DNA of 64,000 nucleotides from Haliotis rubra. Lineage: Eukaryota. A program made the translations under genes and the position numbers. Each line of letters starts with the position of its first letter. Positions within the stretch are counted from its first letter, which is position 1. The stretch lies in NCBI RefSeq assembly GCF_003918875.1, contig NW_025767288.1, positions 558,001-622,000 of the forward strand, written 5' to 3'. Below, piece after piece: positions 29,401 to 44,400 of this stretch. A model generated the notes under the pieces. That model was given only the letters and a program-made list of their open reading frames with translations. It did not search any database and was not told where the DNA came from.

Positions 29401-32400
29401 AAGGATGGAAAACAAACATCTTGTTCGACGTCGGTAAAATCTTGGGGAAACAGTAACAAGCAGTTGGGGGTACAATTAGGGTTGTGGATGTGTTGGGTAA
29501 GGGAAGACAAGGAGGCAGTGGGTGGCGGTATTGTTTGTTGGAATTGTTTAAGAAAACAAACAAGGGAATACTTTTGGTTTGGGAAAGCATTTGATAGAGA
29601 CGGATCGGCTTCGAAGAAACATTCTTGGCATAAATAGTTATACTGCATGATATAAATCCAGAGACCGAGCTCCCAGTATCATAGGGGGCGGTGGGCTAGC
29701 CAAGTGGTTAAAACGTCCGCTCGTCACGCCGAAGACCCGGGTTAGAATCCCCACATAGGTACAATGTGTGAAGCTTATTTCTGCTGTTCCCCGCCGTGAT
29801 ATGGCTGGAATATTGCTTAAAGCGGCGTAAAACTATACTCACTCACTTACCCAGTATCACAACGAGGACAGGCGGGTGGATTTTATATCTTTCCTTAGGG
29901 TTCACATTCGCTAAATCACGAAGTACATTTTATAATAATAATAATAAAAAAAGATACTTAAAAGTAAAATTAAGACATAAAAGATTTTGCGTTAATGTAG
30001 ATTTAAAATATTAAAAATAACTTAAATGTTTCGGATACTGTGGCACATTATTAACATGAATTGCGAGCTAATTTCTACAAATCTGAGTTACTATATTTCA
30101 GCAGCCTTCCAGTTAAATAGCAGGCTGGACGATAGTGAGGATTTGACTGGCCAAACCGGGGATTAATAGCATGAACACCGATTGATCGATGCCATCGGGA
30201 CACAACGATACACATGTAGTCAACAAGTCATGACATTGTAACGATTAAATTCAATATATGTCCCCCTTTAGGGTACCAGGGACCTATTTTACCCGGAATT
30301 CGCCCTTATGTGTCCAGTGACAGTGAGTGTACAGTGTTCGAGCGATAACATAACAGAAACATAGTATCTGTAAGGGAAATCGAACCCAGGATTCCGGCGT
30401 GGCGAGCGAACGTTTAACCTCTGAACTGGCAACTGCCGGTATACAGCTATAGACAGTAGCTCAGCCTAGGATTCCTGTTTGTAATCAGAAACCTGTTTAT
30501 GATCCAATTCTGCGCATTACGTTTGTCACTAAGGTGCTTCTAAATACTTCTACCACATCAACTGTCAACTCGAATATACGATCCTGTCCGAATCTAAGGA
30601 TGGTCCTCAATAATCGAACACATTCGTGTTTGAAAGACTGACTGACTGAGTTTGGTTTTACGCCGCTTTTAGCAATATTCCAGCAACATCACGGCGGGGG
30701 ACACCAGAAATGGGCTTCACACATTGTACCTATGTGGGGGTTCGAACCCGGGTCTTTGGCGTGACGAGCCAACGCTTTAACCACTAGGCTACCCCACCGC
30801 CCCGTGTTTGAAAGAAGCCAATGATCCTGGTATCTGCCCTTTGACTCTTGAGATATGATACAGATGTTGATGATACTATTCTTGGAGCCCTAACAGTAAA
30901 TCCCTCCCTTAAAACGGGAGCCACCTGATTGTACAATAAACCGTATCGAAATACTTAACGCTTCAACAACCTCTTAAGTTACGCCCTTTGAAGCGGACGG
31001 GATGGGGTTCTTAAACACGTCTGAAATCATCTGTTTAACTAGGGCGGACATCGAAACGATCTGACGATGCAAAAAAACACTTCCACCACGTGTTTCTATA
31101 GATACGGCGTCGCTCTGTAGACGTTGAGGCATAGACACACGATCGTTCCGAGTTGCACCTTATCATCAAGGACAAGATATGGAGCCCAGTCTACAAGTGG
31201 TTGCTCGCATTGGTTTCTTTGTATTTTGACACAAACTCTCGTGTTTCACGAGAACCTCGTGAGATCTGGGGGAAATCATTGAGAAGTCACTTTACGTCGT
31301 TTAGATAAGTTTATCTTCAGTTTATTTACTTCTTATTGCTCCTAACGTAGATTACGACCAGCTTGATTGGAGTGTTGACTCCCAGTCCTTGAGAGCTGAT
31401 TAAAAGGCTGTTCGTACAATAGCCTACTGTTGACATGAGTAGGGCACTGTTGCTCATATCATGTTGATATACAACCACGTGTGTATTGATCAATAAATAA
31501 CAGGCTAACTACTTCGACATTTGTGGCAGGTTTAACGTACTGATTGCTCGTCAATTAAACAAACCCTTTGGTTCAGAATAGAACTACTGTACTTCATAAT
31601 AGTTAAATGGGGGATCTTGAAGATCACGTGGTTGCATCGTATATGTCATCGTGTCCTGATGGCATAAATCGTGATTCAATCACCGGTTTGACTGGTCCAG
31701 GTTCAGGTATTTACGGTTGCTGTGGTGTAATATGCGTTAAAATACATGCGTTCACGCATTCCCAGTCCGGGATCGTTGACATCAAGGCAACAACATTCAT
31801 GGCCTGGGTAAAGCATTCAAAACGTGTTTTGATAGAACGTGGAGAACGTTACCACATTTGACGCATCAGTAACAAACATTATGTTCTACGCAATTCCCTA
31901 TTTAGACATACATGTATGCTCCCGTCTTTTTTCAGGAGGGCGGTTGGATAGCCCGAGTTTGATTCCCCACATGGGTACAATGTGTAAAGCCCATTCCTGG
32001 TGTCCTCCGCCGTGACATTGCTGGAATATTGCTTAAAGCGGCGAAAAACTGAACTCACTCACTCTTTTTCAGATGAAACTTTGACTTGCCTTTGCACGTG
32101 TTTGTGACGGGTGCCAGGAAAGGCTCACCTTTTCCAAAACATCACTAGTTGATAGCGATTTATATACACATGTTCAAGATACTACCAGAATGATACAAGC
32201 AGTCGACTCTGCTTTTAGCAAACAGTTCTTTTGACAATGTAAATGATTTTTGTCACTATAATCTGATTATTTGAGATCCGACGTGAAAGTCGACCGCTTC
32301 AATGGTAGGGCGAGATAAGACAGTAATTCACTAACTATTCGCCTGTAATTGAAAACCAGACATTCTGATAAACAAGGGAACACATTAACAACTTGGCTAC

Positions 32401-35400
32401 CACTCGCCCCTTGAAAACAAAGGCAACTGATATCGACTAACGTGTAGGCCAGGATCTTGCCAGCAGGCTACACTCGTTTTAACATCATGGATACGGTTAA
32501 TTACAGTAGAGATTGCGACTGTGGAATCTTTCAGGTAATGAAGCCAAGACATTATCTCTGAGTATAAATATAGAAATTCACCACTAATTCCTGATTAAAT
32601 TCTTGTTTTCCTTACTTAGACACTGAGGGTCCGGTGTTCATGAGTGTGTAGGTTGCCTTGGCCCAAGTCAATATTGTGTTCCGTAAACTGACGTGCAATA
32701 GGATGTACGCACCTGTTGTTTTTTTAATATTTATTTATTTATTTATTTTTTTTTTTTTTCACATCATTTTTTATTCACTTCACTTGGATACACTTTGTAT
32801 GAAACAATCCGTGGACAATATAAGGATTGGCATGTCACTTTGTTTCAATTTCCACTGGGGGAAAAAGAGCATGTAAAACTGGAGCAATGGCAGATACACA
32901 CGGGGTATAAGCTATTTCATTGTCACAATCACAGAACATTTTGGAGTATAATCCATTTTCTCTCAAATAAATTCATATTGAAATTTTTCTAGCAATATAT
33001 TTATTTATTTATTTAGGGGTGGGGTGGGTGGGTGGGTGCGTGGGTGTTGTTTTGAAAAGTACTTTGATTGTGACTTACCAGTCAGGACCATTGTATACAT
33101 TGCAACATCAGAGAGGAGCGATAAACGTGCCATTGGAATGTCGCAGATGGGGTTTTAAACAGCCATATTAAACAAAGCAGGCCATCAGACTATTGAGACG
33201 CGTCAACCAAACTGACCCGACATCTCAAAGAACCGGAAGACCGGGAGTGACCATCCCGCAAGTTGCGACTTCTAAAGGGCAGATAATGCACTTACGGACA
33301 TTTTTCAACCATTTTAGAAGCAGACGAAATGTCGAAACCGGAAGTCATGAGACTTCCAAAGGGATGATGATACCTTTACATGTATGTACTTTTACCAGCC
33401 ATTTGAAATCAGACGATATGTACAAATAGTAAGTGGTCTGTTGGATGAGACTTTAATAGGTGGCAGAATACCCTTATCTTCTTGTTTCACTCGTTAACGT
33501 CGGTTTTATACAAAAATCAGAAAGAAAACTTAAATCAAGTCTCTCACTCACCTCTACTCCTTCCACGTCCATCAAGATAGCAAAATTGGTAAGATGGTCA
33601 CATTTGCACGTGGTGTGAGTGTTGTTTGTCCCGGCCAAACGGCAGCCATCTTGAGACCAACGACCGTAGCCTTTGCTGAAACATAAACAAGAACACTATA
33701 GCTAAGACAAGCAATATACTATGGCGGGGCGCTTTATTATCGTCTTGTCAGTTTATTGACAGAGTATACATAGAGAAATTTTCGCGATAAACTTCAAGGA
33801 AGACCAGCACGAGATATTTCTTCTCAGGTTTATGAGGAACAAACTTGATGGCATTTCATGATGACATGCACGAATGAGGTGTCTAGATATGTCGACTACA
33901 GTGGGATACAGAGGCCAATCCTCGGCAATTTGGAACAGCCAGGCCTTATGTAGCCTCTTACTCGCATGTCTGCTTGACAAACGCATTATCTCTGAATATA
34001 TAATTTTGATAGAAAGACAAAATAAAATAATTCCTTTTAAATTGAAAAGGAGTCCCAGTGAGATAGGAGACTGAACCTGAGGAAATCAAGACTTGCTATA
34101 GTTAGGGCTTTAGTATTGCAGAAAGGGCAGGGTGCAGGGAGGGAAAAATGCGGTTCAAAGACTGTGAAACAGACTCGCTGCAAAAGTACATAAAATTAAC
34201 TACAGGTCTAGAAAATGGTTTGAGTGTGTAGAATTTGTTCGTTGCTCAACGCCATAATAGTTCAACTGACTGACATGACTTTCCAACTAATCACGTTTGG
34301 ATAAGACGATCTTGTGATGACAGAACGAACATCGATCGTGGGATCTATTCAGAAGGTATTCGCACTCAGTCTGGTACTGGCACTGTGCAGGCATATTCAC
34401 AATTCAAAAGCAAATTCAACATTTTTCAGTCACCACTGAAAACCTTACATTTTGTTTCTCTAATGAATGGACAAACCACTTGGGACCCACAATAGTGTCC
34501 AATGAATTGTATAATTTTCTCAGCATTTTCACTATCAGTTTGTCTTATAAAAACGATAACATTGCGAAGTGTATAAGAAGGTGGGCGACATTTTAAAACT
34601 ATATTCTGATTCAACAGCACCTCTTTTGATAAACAAACAGATTTTTTTAACAGCATTTTTCAAACAGCTCATGGTAAAATGAAACAGCTTTATCAACAGT
34701 TCATCATGGGGATGTCCCTATGTTGGTGAGAAAAAAGAAAATTGTTTAAGTAATAAGTCGAATTATCAGACTGAATTCGATGTTTTGATAAAAATGACGT
34801 CACACACACGGACATCAAACACCAAGCATAAACTACACGCAGCGGCCGACGATTAAATGTATTCCGTTGTCTTTGACAATGATAAGAATGTCCTGTTATG
34901 ACTCGACCAAGCCTTAGACTTCAACCATGTCCATCAAGCACTTAAGCTACGTTACCAAGAGTACATATGACATATTTAACCTTAGATGAAAGTAATTAAT
35001 TAAAAAACAGAAACATCAAAGGTTCGGCGCTCTTGACACTTTGGGCGGTTCCGGATATTCGATCCGACTTTTGAGTCCATTCTTATAAACTGCTTTCTAC
35101 CAATCAGTAATAACACTTCTATCATCCGGATGATAAATTAAAATCCGGAACAAAGTTTAGACACTCAGACGACGCGCTGACACAAGTCTAAGTCCGCCCC
35201 CCGTCGCAGACGGCAGGAAACGTGGCGACGTCGGTCTTTGCCTGCTGGGGCATATACACGTACACTCTCCCATAAACAGCAGCGATAATGATAAAGGTTT
35301 AAGTTCCAGATACGTATAATTTGCAATTGGAAGATCCCGGCTGTGGGTGTGATGTTGTTCTAATTGAATGACACATATTTTGGGGGACAGTCTCTGTCAG

Positions 35401-38400
35401 TTGTCGAAGGTTTTACTGAAATGAAATTATATTATATTGAAGTTTCAATTCTTCTTCACAGTTGTCTCGAAGTAAGTCATCATTTTGCGGTTTGCGAACC
35501 TCGTATAACTCGAAGTATTATATATGTCCCTTCGACATAACGGTGTTCGACTATGTACCCGTTTTACTCGAATGTACAGTTGTCTCGAAGTAAAAAAGCT
35601 TGATCCATTTGTATGCTTTCTTTATTCGCCATGTTGCGGTTGTGTCGCACCTTGGCTAACTCGAACTATTATGCAGGACTCTTCGACACAGCGGTGACTG
35701 ACTCCGGTACACCGAGTTTTTTCAGTTACACAGCCTGTTAGCTTGGTGTGAGACGAAATCCCGAGATTTTCAGTGTTTACCCGGGGTGGTGGAGTAGCCA
35801 AGTGGTTAAAGCGTTCGCTCGTCACGCCCAAGGCCCGGGTTCGATTCTCCACATGGGTACAATGTGTGAAGCCCATTTCTGGTGTCCCCCGCCGTGATAT
35901 TGCTGGAATATTGCTAAAAGCGGCGTAAAACTAAACTCACTCACACACTCAGTATTTACCCATTTTGGTGAGACCCACGAGCACGTTTATGGGGACAAAC
36001 GTAGAAACATAGTCAGGCTGAACCGGAATTCAAACCCATAATCAACGGTTTCACTAAGGACGAAACTTGCAGGGCACAGCGGATTCTCAGAATACTTGTG
36101 AGTGAGTGAGTTAGTTTTACGCCGCACTCAGCAATATTCCAGCTATTTGGCGGCGGTCTGTAAATAATCGAGTCTTGACCAGACAATCCAGTGATCAACA
36201 GCATAAGCATCGATCTGCGCAATTGGGAACCGACGACATGTGTCAACCAAGTCAGCGAGCCTGACCACCCGATCCCGTTAGTCCCCTCTTACGACAAGCA
36301 TGTGTTGCTGAAGACCAATTCTAACCCGGACCTTCACGGGTATCTCAGAATACTAAATGAACAACTCTAATTTAACAACGGTATATATAGGGCATATCAA
36401 TGTGACAACATACATACTCTTAACGTGTATGGTGACTCAAATATACTTACTCTTGTCTTATATCCCAGAAAGAACACTTTGGCGTGACTCCTCCAGGTAT
36501 CTCCTGCGATAAAAACAATATTTCAATAGTTAAGTACAGTCGACAATGTGCAGCATTTCATCAAAGTAATAAAAGTGAATATGGGCCCACACTGCTTTTC
36601 ATGATATTTTAGTTATACCACAGCATGTGATACAAGGCTCCACAAATGTACAGACACTGCGAATAAAACCCAGACTTCAGGATCAGGAGCGAATGCTTTA
36701 ACCTTTAAGCTACCCTTGATATTTACCAGCCACGGGCTAGCGGGCCAGTGGCTATTTCGCACACTGATTCCAGTGGTGTTTAAGGAGCGCTTTTCTGTGA
36801 TACCAATATGTGTTTATCTCTGTCAAAACTGATTTCCCTGAGGAGATATTGATCACTACTGAACAGACAGTGAACAATTCATCTGTGAACAAATACTGAT
36901 AGTTAAACCTTAAAGGTCACTTGCAACGTAAAACACAACTTTGCAGATTCTGATACCTTTCGGTATGGACTTACCGAAACAAATCGTCAAAAATGCAAAG
37001 TCAACTTATAAAGTTGAAAAATAACGCGATGAAAAAAACCGCGCGAAATCGGAGTTCAAACGCTTCACTAATTTTCCCCGACTTTTCGGGGGACAACTGG
37101 TTTCAACAGCTGGGCTGCGCTCATAGCAGGTGCGCAGTGAAATAGGTTCTGTTGATTGCAAAATGTTATACACAAAAAAATGAGCATGTATTTGCAAAAC
37201 CCAACATCTCTATATATACACACACAATGAGCCGTGGGGGCATCTGCAAATGAACCAGCCGTTACACTTGAGTGCACACCCACCCTCTCTGACTGGGTTC
37301 GGTATCCCGGCTGCTTCGTTTCTTGGGAAGTAAACCCAAGTACACAATATTGCACTTTCGATTTGCGATTGTACGCTTATAATTTTGTTTATATGTATTT
37401 TCATAAGCAGCAATGTATATTATATGTCATGAATAAGTGATAATTGTGTTTTAATTATGTTTGATTTTTTGGTTGCATGTGACCTTTAAAATCAGTAAGT
37501 TCAAAATCCGACCATTTTCACGCTGTTTATGAATATTCCTGTTGGTCAAAACGGGTAAATGAAAGAGAGAAATACACCGTGTTGTCAGTCATATGAACAG
37601 GTCTCATAACTTTGGCAACAATTTTCATTTGCATTTACCAAGGGTGCAGAATAGTCCGATCATTTTCTCGACCTCAGACATCCCATTTGCAACCTGATTG
37701 GATGCGGACGAGACTGCGCAGTTCGACAGATTTTTTAGTGAAATATTTTACATCAAGGAAATACAACTCTGTATCATCTTACCTGAGTTAACTTCATGGT
37801 GAATGTAATTGGTTCTGATAGTTGTATGATGCCGTGACTGTCAGTTCCGATTGAGGCGCTAAGAATGCTGCTTGCGATCTTCGTGCGCGTTCGTTTTTCA
37901 TCGGTAGCACTCGGCCTTTCTTCGAGCAGGTCCGCCATCTTGTAATGCGTCATAAACACCGCCTTGGCAAGGCCGCCTTTGAATATATACAGTGTGTTTC
38001 ATAAAGGTGGACACAGGAACAACAGATTATTTTCTCAATGTCAACACTGAACGCATCAAGAAACACTTCTATTTTCAGAAAACCGTTCACTAAAAACGCT
38101 TCTAAGACCCCTGAACGCTCGATGTTGCTCTACATGGCTCACCTTTACTCAGTGACTTGAGGGTTCCAACAGGGATGGAGATGACGTTGTCTGATCCTTC
38201 GTCGTCGTATGTAAGAGCATCCTCAGTCATGTTCTCCACGTCTATCACGTGTAACTCCAGATCTGAGCGTAGAAAGGTCCATTATGTATACTTGGTTAAC
38301 AGTGTAACATATCATTGTTGACATAACTGTATCTGTATGTAAAGTCGAAATTGTAATTATAAGAAACATATCTTTATTACTTAGAGCAATGAAAACCACT

Positions 38401-41400
38401 TATGATAAGAATACTTTACAACATTAATAATAAAATTATGCGAGTCTGAGGCCATAAAGGTCAACTTAATGCTTCTCATTCCACCGTTGAGTCAAATGCT
38501 GCAAAATGTACCACTGGACAAACAGAAAATAACCAGTAAGGTACGAGGAGTCGCGGATGATCTGTCCCGAGGGATAATCCGTAATTCCAAATTTCGACTG
38601 TGAGCTACTATTGTTTTCCGCCGATTTTTAGCAAGAAGTAACTGGCAGGGATTGACGTAAGACTGATGTTCTAACATGACCTTAGAACCAAACAATGTCT
38701 ATAATATTACATTTAACCTATTTATATACATGTTCTTTTGACCTTAAAATACTATCCGTGTATTATCACATACACATTTAAACCAGACTATATATCATAA
38801 CCTGTGTCATCTTCTAGATAAGGACAAACTTTATGGATGAACAGCTTCTTTATTCGGATTTATATTCATCCATAAAGTTTGTCTTATCTGATTCACCAAC
38901 TTCAAAACATGCCATAAAACAAGCTTTGCCATCTTTTTTCATTATGTATTTCTATTTTTTTCATTTAGTCATATTACAATTATGAATAAATGCAAAATAT
39001 TAGGAAAACCTGTTATAATATAGCTTTGAAATGAATGAGGTCGAGAATACGCATTGAATTCATGTTAATTAAGAATATTCCATATCGTTACTACATGTCA
39101 TTATGGAGAATGGCCATGAGAAACGTTTCAGTGAATGAACGCTCATGAACAAATTTGAATTCTGTTTACGAGTCAAAATATAATGCACTGAAAAGGGAAA
39201 ACACTCTACCACTTAAAACACAGAAATACGGTCTGTATGAAAAGCTGAACCTTTCATCAAAACAAGGTCATGAGATATGCTTTTAATGCCAAAATAAATT
39301 ATGTCAACGCGAGTGGCCTCCACAGTAGATATGCACTGTGCAAGCACTTTGCTTTAGATGAAATACATGTGTATACCCTTCCCCCTAGAAAGCCACGTAT
39401 TTCGGGAACATATTTATCCACAACATACCTCGAGGTTTGAGGTCAAAGCTTGTCTGAACTACAGCTTAGCAAAAGGTGGCGTTTCTTAGAAAACCCAGAA
39501 AATTTCATGAATAAAGACCCTATGTGTTATCTTTAAACTGCAAAGGCTCTTAAATATTTACTCAAAGGTTCATAGTAAAGCGCTTTCAAAAATTAAAACG
39601 AAATTGGGCCTCTAAGAAAATACTGAAATTTGAGCCTTTCTTAACCAAGACGCACATTGGGGGAGTGTCAGCAAGCCACAGGCGCTTTATCATAACACGA
39701 CAGGTTTGACATTGTTTTACCTACAAAAAATAAACACGCCAGATGCACACAGATTAAAATTAATTCAACGCTTGTCCCACGCAACAGTGAATTCGGTCTT
39801 TCAAGAAATTAGTTTCCAGATCATATTTTATCTTTCCTAATTTTCTGTTGCTGATAAGAACTAGAAAGCAGGTTCACGTTTACCACGAGACAATGCGAGA
39901 AAGGATGGTTTTGTACCCTCTGGGGCGCCATTTGTTGAGAAAACCCGGATCTATCAACACAGAACAAGCACTTCTTGTGTCGACAAATACAAATCACTCT
40001 CAGTTACAAATTACTGTACAAAAACTTCAATCGCCGATAAGATTGTTTTGTGCCATACTTAAATCCCGATGAGTGAGACTGAAATGATAAGATTGCGAGA
40101 AGGTGTATTATAAATAACTATTTGAAAGTGATAAACCAGGGCGGGTGCATGTTGTCTACAAGGTTTCATTCACAATGGAACCGACGCGTTTCTTTGAGTC
40201 ACGTTCTTTCTCCATTTTCAAAGAGCTTCATTCGACTCATGCACATTTGTTTGATAAAGCTAATTGAAACATTCAAGGTCAGAGTAAAGCTTTCAAAACA
40301 TTTGTGGCAGTTGCTTTCTCTTAGTCTGTCTCACAGTCGATGAACCAAATAATGTCCCCTACTGCCTAGCCCTCTCTACAATGCTGAAGCCATAAATGTA
40401 GCATGTCTAGATTTCACCAGATTTCCTGAATCTACTGGGGCTCCTTTTCAAGTTAAGTAGGCTTATATGTTACTATGAAAATTATATATATTCAGGGGCT
40501 AATCTTTAGTCTAGCTTGTTCTTTGAAAAAGATATGAATTCGGACAAATTCTTAACTTTTAACAAAGGTTATATAGAATCGGTTTCCAATATTATATATA
40601 TTTTAAAATCTACTATTATAAATAGAGTTCTAGTTTGTACATTACGGCAATGCCTCTCCATTCTCCTACTATTGGTATATTACTATATTAAATGAGTTTT
40701 AAAATAACATTTTTAAAATGCATCACCTTATTCGGGAATTTGTCTGTGTTTTGTATTTACGATGCATATGTTTTGTTGAATATCGCCAGAGGTTTTTCAT
40801 GAAAAAAATATATCGTAACATATTCCAACATGTGTTATGATAACATTATAGCCGCATGCCTTCACATATGGGTATTTAGTGGCATATGATCTACCTATAT
40901 ACGACCAAATCTCCCATTGATTATAGCCGCATGCCTTCACATATGGGTATTTAGTGGCATATGATCTACCTATATACGACCAAATCTCCCATTGATTATA
41001 GCCGCATGCCTTCACATATGGGTATCTAGTGGCATATGATCTACCTATATACGACGATATTTCCCATTGCACAACTTACCGCATCACATATGTTGCACAT
41101 ATTTGTATAGTCGAAGGGGAAATATCAACTTTTACTTACCAATATTTTCATCCTTCGCTTCAATAACAGTTGGATGATCGATCACAGCTGCCATGGCAAC
41201 TGTTGTTGATTCTATGGCAACCAAGAGATTGGAAGCAGATCTTGCCTTGTCCTCTGGTGCCATTTCTTCCCACGTGGACGACTTGTTCTCGGAGACGACG
41301 TTGCTGCCGGCTTTAACAACGTTCTGTAAATATACAAAATGGTTGACTTGTTACCATTAAGTAAAGCAGAAATGGTTCGATTTGCGGAATCGACCTGAGC

Positions 41401-44400
41401 TGGAACACAAACAAGAACAAAATGTGTATTCGGTATCAGAGGCCACATGGTTAAGGGCACAGTTAATAAGATGAAGCTTGTACGCAAGGACATGTCGGAC
41501 AAATGTTATGTTATCTTAATGCAGTAATAATGATATATTAACGACCAGGTTTCTTCTCCAATCTTTCACAACTGTTTAAGTTAGCTTCACATCTTGATAT
41601 CATAGTTTGATTATGATTATTATGGTGCGCGCATTTAACGTGAGAATAATGTAACATGAAGCCAAAATGACCGTCAAAGAATATAACAGGAATGTGCCAG
41701 CGTACCTTGACGATACTTTTCACAGCTTTCTCATCTTTGGGTTTGCTATCCTGGCTCTGGGTGGCGAGACTCTGAATGACCTTGGAGGTCAACATGACAT
41801 CTTCCACCGACATTTCCTCCGTCTTGGTGACCTCCACAAGGGCTGTGGTCATCTTGACCTGTTCCTCCTCGTTGGCCTCCTCCACAGACGCCTCCAGCAC
41901 CTACATCACACAGAAATGTTGGAAATCTAATACAATAATACCATTACAGTCGACTAACCAGGGATATGTTTTGTTTCTTGTTTAACGTCTCATGGAGACT
42001 CGAGTGTGGGCCAGTGGTTGTACAATGTCCCACATCGTTAGGATTCCATTACAAGTCATCAACAAAGTCACCAAGCCTGATAGGTCAGCTTCTTTGATTG
42101 TCATTCTAGAAGTTGAGGAGATGTATAATGAGGACAATTTTTATGGATATACAACTTCATTATTGCTTGCTTGACAACGACATTAGAATTTCTGTCGATA
42201 CGTCGCCTGTACAGAATAAAGAAGACTTAGTTTATATCCATCAAAATTGTCCTCATTCTCCTGATAAGTCAGATCTCGTAAAACACAACCAAATGTTTAT
42301 GAAATATTGCCAAAGAAAACGAAAAAGACGAAAAGGCAAAAGATGATGCCGATTATCGATTCTGTCCAACGTTAAGGACATCGTCTCAAGGCATGACTGA
42401 TTAGTTGAATAGAATATAGTGTTCCTTCTGCCACATATTCAATTAAAATGTTTAAAGGATTAGGTGCATTCAAGGCGGCACACCCTGTTGCTACATATCC
42501 GCTTCAATAACGGAGAGTCTGATCAGAGTACTCTGTAATTAGTACTAGACTAAGTACAGTTACATGAAGGTTACATGGTTACGTGGCGACAGCGGACACT
42601 CCATACTGCTACATGACACACGTCAGCCAGGATGTAGACTCAAGCGAACTTGAGATGCTTTCTTCCCTGTTTCCTGACGCACCATCTTCTGTACCATATA
42701 ATACTGATGGGCTTGTTCCGGGTGTGTGTGTTGGGGGAGGGGGGAGTCAGGCGGACAATGGGGAGGGGAACCGGAACGGAAGGGTAGAGGGCAAGGACAA
42801 GGGTACTGCGATGAATAAATATGATAAGGAGCAAGGTCATTCGGCATGACCTTCCTGTGTCCCATAGATTGAAATATCATGTAACCGAAGTTCCCTGGTT
42901 CATTGAAATGTACTGAACAAAACAATTAAGGGAACATAAATATTTTTACATTTATTTTCTAGATAAGATTGAGCCCAATTTCACACACACACCCTCCAAA
43001 AAATCCAAAATCAAACAAAGAAAAAACAACAATAAAAATACAATAAAAACAAACAAAACAAAACAAACAAACAACAACAAAAAACACAAACAAACAAAAC
43101 AAAACAAAACAATCATTGTCCCCTAGTTTTATGTTCAGTATATTATGCTCGAAAGAAGTTTAAGAACACATAATTTTTCACCTGACCATACTTAATCATT
43201 CATATCATGAAAAGTCGAATGAAAACTTCGTGTTCTTTGAGTTCAATGAGTTCTTTGAGTATTTGGAGCTCTGTAGTTCTAGAGGCGGAGTAGCAATTGT
43301 AATATTGTTAAGGTTTTGAAGGAAATATAATGTCTCATCGTCTCAAATGATGCATCGAGGAAATGAGTTGTGCCGATCATGTAACAATACGATAAATACC
43401 ATCAGTATTGGATAGTCAGGCATAGTCTTTGTCAAGTGCAGATTAATTATGATACCTTTTTGAGGATCTTTTTGAACTTGGGAGAGGCACATCCGGCCAG
43501 ATTTGGTTCTCCTCGCCAACAGGTCGGGTTGCTGCCACATCGCCATGTTGCAGTTCCTGATGAGAGATCAAATGGTATGTACATATCTTGTTACGTATTC
43601 TATCATACTTACTGTCGGGCAAAATAAGTATACCTTTCAAAATTAAATTTGACAAAGAGGGCGACTGTTGACAGCGTGACGAGCAAACGCATTAACCACT
43701 AGGTACCGCACTTACTACACCTAGTGTAGTTCTTGTTTCCTTTGAACACTTTGCCTACAGGGGACAGTGAGTATGAAATTCAATATCTTTAACTTTAAAA
43801 TATGCAAATCTGATTAAGGTGAGCTAAATTTAAGAGAGACTGAATTAAATCTACGACAAATCTGACCCGTATTACAGAATAATCGTTCGATTATCAAATA
43901 ACTTTTATACTTTAATGTAGTGTTACCCATCACTGACTTTCAGGTATTAGGTCATACGATTGTCAGTGCTATTTTGCCTTCAGCACCTAACTGAATTTGT
44001 TTCGGTGGTAAATCGAGACTGGTTGTTCTCTTGTGTTAAAGTTAGATATTACGTCAATCTCTCTGTGAACACTGCTCTTCTTTCCATGAAACGGTCTTAT
44101 CACTTCGACCGTTGTAATTCGATGTTCAAGTATGAAAGATGTGTGGATCAGGGCCCGCTTATTTGTGGTCGTATCATTGGATAACAAGTGCGTTTTTTCA
44201 TGTTCATATGTTCATATTTCCCCACTACGTAAATAGACGAGGAACACACACGGTGTGTGTGTGCATCTTTTTATGAAAACAACTGTCGCTCATCCATGCT
44301 ACATAGCTTCACAGGCTTGACAAAAACAGATACTTCGCCGATCTTCGGTGTAAACAGACACAAAATGTTTTTATCTCAATTTCAGAGCCCAGAAATAGGC

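Noticed and set aside
40797-41072. 91-aa ORF with three repeats ([25 protein letters not shown])
   Set aside because: It is the translation of a 75-bp intronic tandem repeat with no splice or homology support, and the flanking receptor exons already join in frame.
41188-41201. Near-perfect RFX X-box (gctgccatggcaac)
   Set aside because: It lies inside a GAIN-domain coding exon (VAMAA) far from any known promoter; probably coincidental.
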